Shown in pieces: positions 37,251 through 47,506 of a stretch of 64,000 bases of DNA (its first letter is position 1; each line of letters begins with the position of its first letter). The position numbers and the translations under genes were made by a program. Origin of the DNA: a virus; IMG/VR virus record IMGVR_UViG_3300032820_000001, positions 96,001-160,000 of that record; one strand, given 5' to 3'. The notes under the pieces were generated by a model. It was not told where the DNA came from. It ran no database searches and saw nothing but the letters and a program-made list of their open reading frames with translations.

Positions 37251-40200
37251 TAACACTCTGAAGAAGATACATCAATAATCGTATCGTTAAACGTTTTTGG
37301 TACGGGGCATTTGCTGCCGTCTTGACCATCAACGGGATCTGAACTTTCCTGTGAACCTTCATCGGTGTCGTCGCACGTCAGCTCTCCGTTGGCGTTAAGG
37401 CCAATACTCTGCAAAAGCATTTGCCCATTAGGATCTTCTAACAATAAATCTAGTAAGCGCGGTAGATCCCTTATCAGCCAAATGAGTGGCATTACAAGCA
37501 GGTAATACCAAAAGCCAAATGGTGTGGGCGGAAAAGGAGGAGAGCCAAATGCACATGGGGCAAAAGTTACCAGAGTGGCAACGCCGCCTTCAACCGTTAT
37601 CCCATTAAGAACAAAGTGAGTTCCTATTGGGTTTTCCGGTGAATTTGGCAATGTCAGATCATCAATAAGTCTAGTTCCTGGCCATGTTGGTACTTCTATA
37701 CACTTTAATTCAAAATCATTAAGTGGATCGGGAACGTTTTCCCATCTCCATATCGGATTGATTGGCATATTCATCACATCCATTATGCTTGTAGTTATAA
37801 AAACGTGAGGATCGAATGTTTTTGTCCAACCACGGAACGTTAAGAGGGGGGCGAGAATGAACATCAATAGGGCCTGCGGGTTGTTCATAAAATTGCCTAA
37901 ATCTGGTAGAAGGGCTCCAAAGTCTGGGGATTTACTTGAGGTCACATCGGTATTACACGGATCTGCACTTGGGCCGTCCTTCCAAAGCCACACAAACATA
38001 TCAAGAATTGCCTTTTTTGTACCGTTGAAGGCTCTGGACATTAATTGATTTTCGGCAACGAGGAGTGTGTATATGAGAACCAGAGAAGATACGTCCCGAA
38101 GATCAAAACAATAATCAAACATTATCTTAAAATTATCATCGGCAACAAGTGCCTTTTCCATGTGTCCTTGTATTTGAAATTTAATTGTGGCGCCTGAGAC
38201 GTCGCTTTTGTCGGGGTTTTTAGCTAGCGCGTGGACGTGCTTCACATTTTCGTCTGGGCCTGTAAGTGGGACGACAGTATAATTAAAGATCCCATGAGTG
38301 TGTGGTGGCCCGGAGCCTTGGGTAGATGTGGTTCTGCCATTTCCGTTCTCGTCAATTTCATACTGGTGATAGTGGCCATCGCCCTCGGTGGTGACACCAC
38401 TGCTTGGATAAAGTGCCCTGTCCTCGCATGCGGTGCCGTCAAGATTTATATCAAGGTTTTCCTTAACACTCTCCCAATCTTCTTCGATGAGGGAGAGGAT
38501 AACCTCTTGATCATTATATGAATAAGATAAAGAAATCCCAATTCGGTCGATGTCATCTTCGTTATTTTTGTTAATAAAGTAATTTTCAATCTTTTCGCCA
38601 TTAGGGAATCGCTTGGTGGGCTTCGTAACCATGTAATTTTTTACATTAAGGTTCGCAGATTCAACCTTGGCATATCTGATGATATCATCATACATATTTT
38701 TATTCACGCCGTCAGCGGAAGAGTCCTGCTTGTCAATACATTTTCCATGCACAACCTCTTTTATTCTGTTCGCAACAAAATCAAATTCATCCTCTAAGAA
38801 ATATCCCATTGCATCTTCCCAATTAGATCGGAAAGATTCTTCATCCAGAGAAGACTCATCAATGTGCCCAGTGTCTGCAAGATAATTAAATTGCTGCACA
38901 ATCTTTGCTTTTACGCCGTTGGGGTTGTCTCCGGTTAAGAAAAGGCCCATATCCCGCTTAAGATTCTTGATAATAAATTCTTTTATGACCGCATCTTTCT
39001 TACTAAAGAACAGCTGGGAAAATGGAATGATTCCTCTTAAAATTAAATCTACAAGATAAATTCGTGCCAGAATTCTCGGAACAGAAGTTTTTAAAGCTTT
39101 GTATAGGGGCGCCTCGTCTAGTTTGTCGGGGCATGATAAAAGGGTAGAGTAATCTTCGGACACCTGCTCTGAGAACGACTCCATATCGATAAGGCGTGGG
39201 GTGGTGTTGATTTTTATAAAGTTTAGTCCAACTAATTCTCCGCCATGGCCATCGTTAGTGCCTGGAACCGTTTTCAGAAGGGGAGAGTCGGAAACCTTAA
39301 ATAGCATTGCCGTAAGTGCTTCTCGATAGATATTATCATATACCGTGGTTTTAAGATCTTCTGGACTTAACTGTAAGTTAGGTGATGTTTGATTGACCAC
39401 AAATTCAAATACATTTTCTTGAGGAGTATATTTTAAATTATCGGGGAGATCATCATCGCACTCGGCGTTGGCGCCCTCGTCATACCCAGCATCAGCTATC
39501 TTCTTTCGGAGATCCGCAGATAGGGAAAAGTCAATGGAAGCATCAAAAGAGAAGGGATCTGCTCCCTTTTTCTCAAATTTTACTGATTTCTTTCCGTCGA
39601 GGGCCGAGCCATATCTTGTTCCGTGGGTTATTGTAGAGTAACTATCCTCAAGAAGAGTTGCGATGCCCTGCAGGTGTGTGGGGGCGCTGAGTAAGCTAGT
39701 TTTAGATTTGGAAAGGATGTTTTTATACCCGCGATTGGAGGTCGTGTTTGTCCTGTCGGCAAAATAAGCTGCGGAATCACCAGAGAGATCATCAGACATA
39801 GAAAAATTTAAATTTGCTTTTTCTAGAGCCTTAGTAGATTCGCCGCCGAGCTTAACAACTGGTTCTGCCACAGTCGCATATTCTTCAGTATAATCAGTAT
39901 AAGGGCCAAGAGCTTTGCCTGGGCCAAGATTTCTAACATCTTCATCTTCTTGAACCGATCTTGGTGGGCGCTTCTCTGGCCAACCCCAGGCAAACCAGTC
40001 AGTTTCTACGACACCGCCTGCCTTGGTGCCGTCGATTTGGCCAAGAAAATTTGTTGGCACAAAACCTTGATCAACGACAGTGCGAAACTCAGGGTTGATC
40101 TGAGTCTCTTCTATCTCTATAACTTTCGAAACCATTTTGTTGCTGGCGTTATCATACACGTCTCTGTGGATTTTCTCCTCTTTCCAAAATACCTTTTTGA

Positions 40201-43200
40201 TTTGGCGAGTTTTTTCATCTACGGAGGTTAATCCCAAGCGGTAAAGAAGAAGATCACTATCATAAGCTAACAGAACTGAAGAAAAAACATCTGAAATTGT
40301 TTTACTTAGTGCTCTCTTTTCAAAATCCGAGAGAGGTGTTGGGGTGGGACAGGCATTGGGAGAGGTGGAATTTTCCGAAAAATCAAAAATCCTCTGAGCG
40401 AGGGCTTTTGCTTTTGCGGCGGCCATGGGAGATAACCCTTGGCCATACACATCTCTAAAGTTTTTGCCCGGTGGGCAGGGATCATCAGATACCGGAAAGT
40501 TTGCAGAAAGAATGTCTGCCATCTGTGTCAATTGATTTATGGCTGCTCTTGCGCCCAGAGCCTCACCAAAAGAGCCAAAAATAGTGGGAATGGTATTAAT
40601 GTTCACGGTGGATGAAGATTTAGTAAAATTGTCTCTAACAATATCTTTAACCTTTCCTATGACTGCATCAGAAGCGGTGCCACCTAAAAGCTGTAGGGAT
40701 TCGTCAGGCTCAAGTGTATCTGTTGTTTTCCTAATAATTTCTATAGTAGTGTTTCGATCCAAGAGCGAGGTGCTTGTGTCCTGTATCGATAATTGTAAAT
40801 CTGGCTCTCCTGGGCCGCCGGGGTAGGCATAAGTTTCTTCAGCAGCGAATGCTTCTTCGGACCACACGACGTCGCCAAGGTTAAGTGTTACGGGGGTTCC
40901 GGGGGCTCCCGCAACACCGCCGGCGCCTGTCACCTTTACTGACGATTTGACGAACTCCATGGACTCTTCTGTGAAGTTATAAAGATCCTTCATTAAGTCA
41001 TCCCCTGCTTCGCCACGCAGGAGCTTCAGGAGAGAATTATCACCCATTGCATCACCAAACGCATCGTTCCATGCAGCGCCCACATCGCCGCCTGCAAGGG
41101 CGCCCTTTGTGAGACCTTGCAATAGTTGCTTCCAGTTTTGGCAATTTAATATATACTCCTCCAGCATATCTAAAAGAAAGTCAGAGAGGGTTTTTATCAA
41201 ATTCGTTATAACGGTTTTCTCAATAAACATGCCAACATTCAGATATGGGTCTTTGGCAAACTTTGGCATCTTAAACATATTTTTAATGTCTTCAATAGTG
41301 GCTTCTGGGTCCATACCAAATTCAACAAGGTCGTTGATAAACTTTACAATCATCGCGCAGAGCTTTGCCAAGTCGACATTTCTATTAAGTATGTCAATGA
41401 ATTTGTCTTCGTCAGCGAGCTTAAAAAGCCGGGCAACAATAATAAATTGATCGCTATTCTTCATGGCCGCAACGGATTTTGCCGGTGAGGGCTCAGAGCT
41501 ACTGGTGAAGGTCGATGGGTTATTTGAGGTGACACTAAGTGGTGTTAAATCAATTGAAGATATTCTATCTATGATTTGGCCCTCGACATCATCAATTGCT
41601 CCAGTAGAAAGACGGTCTCCTACGGAATCGCCCATGCGCCACCAAGCAGACGCCTTTACAGAAAGGCCGTAGGAATTTAAATTCTTATCACTTTCAATTT
41701 TAGCCAACGTTCTCCAGTCTTCGTTTGGTAGAACATAGGGGAAAATACAAATTTCGTCGATTTGTCCGGCGAAGCCCTTCGAGCTTTTGGTGGCCTTCTC
41801 AGATGCAACAATAATTTTAGATCCCGGATCTTTTACAGCAAGTGGGCCTCGTATTCTGGATCCTCTTATTAGTTTTGTTTTAACTTCGCGGCCGTCGATG
41901 ATCAATACAAGTTCGCCAATTGATCCAACCCAAGAAAAGCCAATCTGGTGGAACTTTCCATCAAATATGTCGGCTTCGCCAGAGGAAGAATACTCGGCGG
42001 TTTTGCCATCTGCGGATTTCAAAACTACACTAATATTTCCTTTACTTGTTTTCTTTATTGCGAAAGTGTCTTCATGGGAGAAAATGAATTTTGTGTATCC
42101 TGCGTTGACTTCTCGCTGGTTTGGTATCCCATTGGCTATGTTTGCCATCGTGGTTGTTCTAACGAGGAGAGAAACAGAAAATTTATCTGGGCCGTTGGTG
42201 TATAAATCCTTGGGGTCGAAATCTCCCGATTTTAAAAGGCCGTCGCCATTAAAGGAAACAGCCTTAAAATTATAGCCCTCTGATACGGCTTCGTCCCACT
42301 GCTCTAGGGCCGCCATGATTCCATTCCTATCATCGAACACATCTAGGTTGGCAAAGTTCTCAACCATATCTCTAGTTCGCCAAAGGCCAATCCACTTAAT
42401 TATCTCTTTGCAGTCTGAGGGCATCAGACATTCTATAATTCTTTTGGGAAGGGTGTTGGGACAAACCTTTGAAATAAATGGATCTAACAGGGCCTCTTTC
42501 CAGATCTTCCCGTAATCCATTTCGCCAACGCCTTTGAACATTCCGCTTCCGACATCTAACATTCCACCAAAGGAACTCCCTAAGCCAGCTTTTGGAACCT
42601 TAATTACTTTACCCTCCAACAAAGTCAGTGCATTCCCATATTTATCATAACTCTCTTTAAACGTAGCCTCTAGGCCCTTGTTTAAACCAAGTAATCCTTC
42701 GCCTGTAAATGAATAGTCTCTTGACAGAATCGCCAAAGGTGAGTCCTTGCGGTTTTCTTCTCGTTCCGCGAAGCCGGGTGATATCTTCTCCCTCTCCTTG
42801 AGACTCCTTTCCGACAATTGAGGTGTGCCATGGCCTCCGGCAATTATCCACTCCGCCTCTTTAGGTTTGCCAAGGCCGAGATATTCCTTTTCTCCGGCGT
42901 CATCAATGGATAGATATTTTATCATTGAATCCTTTGGGCTTACGATATAATCATTCGCCATAAAATCTATCGCTGTCTCTTGGGCTGCGTCCACAGTGCC
43001 TTTAACAACTTTGCTGAATGCGGATACATCTGTCTTTGTTTCGTTGGCTCGTTTTTCTTTTTTCTCGATTTCCGTTCCTGGGGCGTTCATTATGTTCGGG
43101 CGCTGGAACTGTTTTGAGAATTTAATATAATCAGTATAGGAATTGGAGGTTAGGGCTGCCAATCCAGCTGGGAGGTTTGCCATCCAAGAGTTTGGATTTA

Positions 43201-44938
43201 GACATTCACTATATTCCTCTTTCCCGAAAAATGCTTTGGAGGCTGATTGGGCGCCCATTAAGTTGGCACTCACATTGAAACTCTCTTTTGCAGCCATTTC
43301 CAGAACCGAAAACTTATTTAAATATCTTAAACAGTTCCCGGTCTTGAGTGGGGAATCGTCGCTGAAAAGTTCTGGTTTAAGAAAGAGGTTTGCTATGAAT
43401 TGGGGGCTAGCCTTGCCTGTTTTTTTTGAAATCCCGCCGTCATAACTGAATATAATTACTCCCTTAAAATTAAATTGTTTATCAGTTACAATTGTTGCTT
43501 GATACTTTGATTCAAATCTGGATTCAATAATATCAGACACGTCAGAATTATTTTCTTGAAGTGCCTTAAGAATTTGATCTGGGACTTCTTTCAGTTGGCG
43601 TAAATCTCTTTTAAAATCATTTCCAAACGTATATACCTGCTTACCTCTTTCCATATCCCCTTTTAGGCTTTGATCCAAATAAAGAAACAACTTCTCAATG
43701 CTTTGCATTTTAGAAGAGTAGTATTCCGCGAATGGTTTTATCAACTCAAAACCCAGAGCGTCATCTTCCAATCTGCTTAATTTAAAATTCTTATCCAAAA
43801 GAGAAACTTTGTCTTGCAAGAGGTCTTCAGATAGAAGAGAATTTAAATTTATGAAATTAAAATCGAATACCGATGCGCCGGGGATGAGGAGACTTATCTC
43901 ACGGGCTTGTTTAGTGGATTCGTGGATGGCGATAACTCTTTTTTCATGTGCGGCCTCTTCCTCGTCTTCAATCCTTTGAGCTTCCTTTTCTACTTGTTCT
44001 GCGGTTAGTCTACGAATGGTAGCAAGGCCGGCTTGTTCTTCATCTGAGAGGAGTGTTTCGGGCTCAACATATGCGGTGCCATATAGGTCCTCAATTGCTT
44101 GTTGTATGCTGCCAGTATCTTGAAGATCAAGATCAAGTCCATATCGCGGGTCTGTAAGTGAGAAAATCGTCTCTGCGTCGGCGTTGGCATATTCCCTTTC
44201 AAGATTATCGGCCAAGTTAAGATCACTGCTCATGGCTGAAATATTGCTGGCCATTCGATACTCTCTCTGGTGGTAGCGTGGTGATTTTAACCTTGCCACC
44301 TGAGCCATTCTCTCTATTGATTGATTACTTCCTTGGAGAGTTGCTATTCTTTGGCTTTCACTTTCCGGAGTGATTACTTGCCGCGACCCGGATGGTTTTA
44401 AGAAGTGTTTTGCTAATTCTTCGTCGACCCAAAACTCCGCTTCATACCAATCCAATGCACTGGAAAGGCCCTCGGCCATATCTTTATCAATTTTCGCTGC
44501 AGCTTCGGAATTTAGATTTTTTATTCTTTCAAGCCGGGCTTTTTCTTCGTCGGCCAATTGCGCCAAGGTAAGTGGTGTTACGGGCCCTTTGCGGGCGACT
44601 CCCTTGTTGAGACTTGTTACAAGGTCCACCTGCTGTAAAATATCTGACCACTTCTGATCAAATTTCATTTGGGAAAGTCTTCGTAAAATTTCTTCCCGCT
44701 TTTCTATCGCATCTTTTTCGACCAAAAAAGCCAACTCTGTCCAAAACTTTTGGTTGTAAGCTCTCTCATCATCTTCGCGTTTCGCGGTGCGTTGCATCGC
44801 TATTTTCTTTTCGACTACCTCTACTGCAGCAACAGCTTCACTGCTAGACAAACCAAAAAGATGCATTGCTGCACCAGCAAGGTGGGCATTTAAATTTTCT
44901 AAACGTTCTTCGTTTTCGTTTTCTGCGTCGGAGGCCAT
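37250..44938 (-). CDS. Giant tail/baseplate protein, 2562 aa: helical N-terminus, central LamG domain, His-rich segment
   Basis: LamG-like AVSFNG...FHQIGFSW...LIIDG...FAGQIDEI...WWRMGD (about 41540-42270). GHYH/PHTH/HVH motifs (about 38225-38380). Confidence 0.75.
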   Translation of the reverse strand: MASDAENENEERLENLNAHLAGAAMHLFGLSSSEAVAAVEVVEKKIAMQRTAKREDDERAYNQKFWTELAFLVEKDAIEKREEILRRLSQMKFDQKWSDILQQVDLVTSLNKGVARKGPVTPLTLAQLADEEKARLERIKNLNSEAAAKIDKDMAEGLSSALDWYEAEFWVDEELAKHFLKPSGSRQVITPESESQRIATLQGSNQSIERMAQVARLKSPRYHQREYRMASNISAMSSDLNLADNLEREYANADAETIFSLTDPRYGLDLDLQDTGSIQQAIEDLYGTAYVEPETLLSDEEQAGLATIRRLTAEQVEKEAQRIEDEEEAAHEKRVIAIHESTKQAREISLLIPGASVFDFNFINLNSLLSEDLLQDKVSLLDKNFKLSRLEDDALGFELIKPFAEYYSSKMQSIEKLFLYLDQSLKGDMERGKQVYTFGNDFKRDLRQLKEVPDQILKALQENNSDVSDIIESRFESKYQATIVTDKQFNFKGVIIFSYDGGISKKTGKASPQFIANLFLKPELFSDDSPLKTGNCLRYLNKFSVLEMAAKESFNVSANLMGAQSASKAFFGKEEYSECLNPNSWMANLPAGLAALTSNSYTDYIKFSKQFQRPNIMNAPGTEIEKKEKRANETKTDVSAFSKVVKGTVDAAQETAIDFMANDYIVSPKDSMIKYLSIDDAGEKEYLGLGKPKEAEWIIAGGHGTPQLSERSLKEREKISPGFAEREENRKDSPLAILSRDYSFTGEGLLGLNKGLEATFKESYDKYGNALTLLEGKVIKVPKAGLGSSFGGMLDVGSGMFKGVGEMDYGKIWKEALLDPFISKVCPNTLPKRIIECLMPSDCKEIIKWIGLWRTRDMVENFANLDVFDDRNGIMAALEQWDEAVSEGYNFKAVSFNGDGLLKSGDFDPKDLYTNGPDKFSVSLLVRTTTMANIANGIPNQREVNAGYTKFIFSHEDTFAIKKTSKGNISVVLKSADGKTAEYSSSGEADIFDGKFHQIGFSWVGSIGELVLIIDGREVKTKLIRGSRIRGPLAVKDPGSKIIVASEKATKSSKGFAGQIDEICIFPYVLPNEDWRTLAKIESDKNLNSYGLSVKASAWWRMGDSVGDRLSTGAIDDVEGQIIDRISSIDLTPLSVTSNNPSTFTSSSEPSPAKSVAAMKNSDQFIIVARLFKLADEDKFIDILNRNVDLAKLCAMIVKFINDLVEFGMDPEATIEDIKNMFKMPKFAKDPYLNVGMFIEKTVITNLIKTLSDFLLDMLEEYILNCQNWKQLLQGLTKGALAGGDVGAAWNDAFGDAMGDNSLLKLLRGEAGDDLMKDLYNFTEESMEFVKSSVKVTGAGGVAGAPGTPVTLNLGDVVWSEEAFAAEETYAYPGGPGEPDLQLSIQDTSTSLLDRNTTIEIIRKTTDTLEPDESLQLLGGTASDAVIGKVKDIVRDNFTKSSSTVNINTIPTIFGSFGEALGARAAINQLTQMADILSANFPVSDDPCPPGKNFRDVYGQGLSPMAAAKAKALAQRIFDFSENSTSPNACPTPTPLSDFEKRALSKTISDVFSSVLLAYDSDLLLYRLGLTSVDEKTRQIKKVFWKEEKIHRDVYDNASNKMVSKVIEIEETQINPEFRTVVDQGFVPTNFLGQIDGTKAGGVVETDWFAWGWPEKRPPRSVQEDEDVRNLGPGKALGPYTDYTEEYATVAEPVVKLGGESTKALEKANLNFSMSDDLSGDSAAYFADRTNTTSNRGYKNILSKSKTSLLSAPTHLQGIATLLEDSYSTITHGTRYGSALDGKKSVKFEKKGADPFSFDASIDFSLSADLRKKIADAGYDEGANAECDDDLPDNLKYTPQENVFEFVVNQTSPNLQLSPEDLKTTVYDNIYREALTAMLFKVSDSPLLKTVPGTNDGHGGELVGLNFIKINTTPRLIDMESFSEQVSEDYSTLLSCPDKLDEAPLYKALKTSVPRILARIYLVDLILRGIIPFSQLFFSKKDAVIKEFIIKNLKRDMGLFLTGDNPNGVKAKIVQQFNYLADTGHIDESSLDEESFRSNWEDAMGYFLEDEFDFVANRIKEVVHGKCIDKQDSSADGVNKNMYDDIIRYAKVESANLNVKNYMVTKPTKRFPNGEKIENYFINKNNEDDIDRIGISLSYSYNDQEVILSLIEEDWESVKENLDINLDGTACEDRALYPSSGVTTEGDGHYHQYEIDENGNGRTTSTQGSGPPHTHGIFNYTVVPLTGPDENVKHVHALAKNPDKSDVSGATIKFQIQGHMEKALVADDNFKIMFDYCFDLRDVSSLVLIYTLLVAENQLMSRAFNGTKKAILDMFVWLWKDGPSADPCNTDVTSSKSPDFGALLPDLGNFMNNPQALLMFILAPLLTFRGWTKTFDPHVFITTSIMDVMNMPINPIWRWENVPDPLNDFELKCIEVPTWPGTRLIDDLTLPNSPENPIGTHFVLNGITVEGGVATLVTFAPCAFGSPPFPPTPFGFWYYLLVMPLIWLIRDLPRLLDLLLEDPNGQMLLQSIGLNANGELTCDDTDEGSQESSDPVDGQDGSKCPVPKTFNDTIIDVSSSEC

Positions 44939-44943
44939 ACTAA

Positions 44944-44950
44944 TAAATAC
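44944..44950 (-). promoter_or_regulatory. Putative late promoter GTATTTA upstream of the 2562-aa gene
   Basis: Recurrent heptamer, 5 nt before ATG 44938. Confidence 0.4.
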
Positions 44951-44953
44951 TCT

Positions 44954-45997
44954 CTAGTCTAGTTTGTGGTGGGTGCTGGCAAACTTTGGAAGTCTTATTT
45001 GTTTGTCGGAAGGGCGTTTGCGGCCTTGTAATTGATCTAAAACTCCCTGGCCGGCTTCTGAGTTCATTGCTCCCAATTCCGCCAGAGACCACGATTTCAT
45101 TTCGGCCTGAAGGAATCTTCCCTCTTCCATGATTTCAGTCCAACCTTCCAGAGAACACTTACCAAGAGCTTGGGGGTTTCCGGGGTCTGGTACATCTGGT
45201 GTACCGTAAAAGGGAGACATGTGAGTTTCCATTGCCACCTTAGTATTAAAGTGGCCCTGAGCAGTCTGCAAGTTCACAACCATGTTTTCTATTCTCGTCA
45301 TAAACTCAAGCATTTTTAATAAAGTGTCAGATAGTGCATTTGCTTTGACCATTGGTTCCAATCGGCCTCCGGCTACCAATTGAACACCTATCTTTCCGGA
45401 TGCATCACCATTAAAAGAGTTTCTCTGGTTGGGGTCTTGGTGAACCATTAATTTTATTCCGCCTGCTGCGTCGCGGGAGATAATTCTTACTGAATCGGCT
45501 TTTATTCCAACTGCGGAACGTTCAGAATAGCCGTCAGGGCTGGGGAGATCAAAAAGAGAATCGATGTCTGTTCGTTGACTCATATAAATCCTGGCTGCGT
45601 CGTTTGATGAAATTCCATAGGAATATTCTTCTTCTACGGGGGCTGCTCCAAAAAACTCTGCAACGGCTTCGATGGACCACTCTCCATCGCCTTGTGGTTT
45701 GAGATTAGCGTTCGGTGTTCGGCCGACAGCGAGGTCAATCATTCCTACTCCAGTATCGACTGTTGGTTTGCCATACTCGCGACCAAGAACAATGCTTGAA
45801 TTATTTTGGGTTTCAAATACTTTCTCCCAAGATTTCTTTACGGGAGTTACTAGCGGGCAAATTTCATTTGCCAGGGAATTGATATATTTTAACTTCCTGT
45901 CTTGCTCTGTGTTGCCAGTATTTGCAAAGGGTTGTTCTTTTGCCTTGTTCGTTGTTGGACTTGTTTGTACTGGTGTAACTGGTTCGTTTTTTGGCAT
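44954..45997 (-). CDS. Baseplate hub/spike-like protein, 347 aa
   Basis: Short beta-repeat-like segments (SIVLGRE, IDLAVGR, ARIYMSQ, VGIKADSVRIISR) and a late HxS motif. Located upstream of gp25 and gp6. Confidence 0.5.
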   Translation of the reverse strand: MPKNEPVTPVQTSPTTNKAKEQPFANTGNTEQDRKLKYINSLANEICPLVTPVKKSWEKVFETQNNSSIVLGREYGKPTVDTGVGMIDLAVGRTPNANLKPQGDGEWSIEAVAEFFGAAPVEEEYSYGISSNDAARIYMSQRTDIDSLFDLPSPDGYSERSAVGIKADSVRIISRDAAGGIKLMVHQDPNQRNSFNGDASGKIGVQLVAGGRLEPMVKANALSDTLLKMLEFMTRIENMVVNLQTAQGHFNTKVAMETHMSPFYGTPDVPDPGNPQALGKCSLEGWTEIMEEGRFLQAEMKSWSLAELGAMNSEAGQGVLDQLQGRKRPSDKQIRLPKFASTHHKLD

Positions 45998-46000
45998 TTA

Positions 46001-47212
46001 TTAATCTCCTTCGTAAGCGGCGGGGCCTTCTCTTTCTTGGGTGCGTTTTTGTTCTTCCTTGTGTTTTGTGATTCGGATTCCCTCTGAGGGGTCTGCGCCG
46101 CCTTCGTCCGAACAGTAAGGGACACCAGCGGCGTTGTTGCCGTACTGGGCCTGTGCTGTTTCAAATCCCTGGAATTTCAGGGCCACATGATATAACGACC
46201 TCTTCTTTAAAACAAAGGGCTTTGGGTTTAATTTTTTTAATTCTGCGCCGATGTTGCTCCACTGCTCCTCCGAATAGGGGCTGCGAGGTATATCAAAAGC
46301 AAGCCCTCTAAGGTGGTAAGAGCCCAGCGTTTTGCCTTCTTCTGGTTCGATACCGCCGACCCTTGTGTTTTCTGACGCCGTTCGGAAGCCAGAAGAAATT
46401 CTTATATTTAGCCCTGTTTTGTTTGCCAACTGCTCTATTATCCCCTTCGTCTCCGGGGTTAAGCATGCCCAATTAACTTTCTTCGAATAAAGAGAAATAC
46501 TCCCCTTTCCGACCTTCTTATTTGTTTTTACGGGGGAACCATTCTTGTCGGTGAAGAAATCGGCGTTGCCCTCTAATGAAGAATAATCAGGGGGAATGTT
46601 ATTTCCGCCTGTTGGGTTTCCAATTGTTGCAGATGGGTCGAGTGGTTTAATTAAAAATCGGCCCTCTATGTTATCGTGATAGGCATAAACGTAATCATTG
46701 ACGGCGGGGGGTTGTTCATTGTCAACAATCTTATATATCCCCTCCGGTAAAAGGCCAAGCAAAATATTTCTCTTTTTTGCTTGAGGTGATTCTTTTTCTT
46801 TTTCTTTCTTAAATTCTTCGCCGCCGACGCCGGCCATTGACATTTTCAACTCATCCGACTCGCTTCCCACAGAGTGGCCCTCGTAACCTGTTCCGCCTTC
46901 TGCGAGAACGCGGGTTTGCGAGCCGTCAATATCTGGAAGAATTTGTCCTCCGAACACTTGGCCATCGAGCTTCTCTAGGATTTTTATTCTATAAAGTTGA
47001 CATTTAACGCCCTTTTCTTTCGATAAAACATAAAGAGGTATTTCTAGATCGGCCTGATCATAACAAAGGCTTTTAACTTGTGCAATATACTGCTTACTAT
47101 AGTCTACGGCGCTGGCATCTTGGCCAACTTCAATTTGACTATCGTTTACAATCTTTCTTAGGGCACGAGCCTTACTTGGTGGCTGCCTTGTCTTAACGGT
47201 AGAGGCGACCAC
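46001..47212 (-). CDS. Tail-associated protein with a C-terminal peptidase M15A-like Zn domain
   Basis: ISSGFR...N..VGG, SYHLRGLAFDI (HxxxxxxD) and YHV third ligand. GTG start. Confidence 0.8.
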   Translation of the reverse strand: MVASTVKTRQPPSKARALRKIVNDSQIEVGQDASAVDYSKQYIAQVKSLCYDQADLEIPLYVLSKEKGVKCQLYRIKILEKLDGQVFGGQILPDIDGSQTRVLAEGGTGYEGHSVGSESDELKMSMAGVGGEEFKKEKEKESPQAKKRNILLGLLPEGIYKIVDNEQPPAVNDYVYAYHDNIEGRFLIKPLDPSATIGNPTGGNNIPPDYSSLEGNADFFTDKNGSPVKTNKKVGKGSISLYSKKVNWACLTPETKGIIEQLANKTGLNIRISSGFRTASENTRVGGIEPEEGKTLGSYHLRGLAFDIPRSPYSEEQWSNIGAELKKLNPKPFVLKKRSLYHVALKFQGFETAQAQYGNNAAGVPYCSDEGGADPSEGIRITKHKEEQKRTQEREGPAAYEGD

Positions 47213-47506
47213 TTATTCGACCCCCTGAATTAACTCGAATAGATCTTCCTTCTCCTCTCTCGATAATCCTTCGGGGCCGGCGTGGGCATTTGCTCGTTGA
47301 ATAATTCCGGCGATTTTGACAATTTGCTCATTTGATCGCTGAAGAGTTTCAACATACTTGGCTGCAATTGTACCTGCCTCTACGTGTCGGTCATTAGACA
47401 CGGAAATATAATCAATAAGATCATTAAGGAGGCGCTTGGTGACGTCGCGGTCTTCCGTGACATTCTCCAACGCTTGTTCAATTTGTTCTTCTAAATTTCT
47501 TGACAT
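47213..47506 (-). CDS. Hypothetical helical protein, 97 aa
   Basis: ORF abutting both neighbours (TAGATG junction upstream). Confidence 0.75.
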   Translation of the reverse strand: MSRNLEEQIEQALENVTEDRDVTKRLLNDLIDYISVSNDRHVEAGTIAAKYVETLQRSNEQIVKIAGIIQRANAHAGPEGLSREEKEDLFELIQGVE

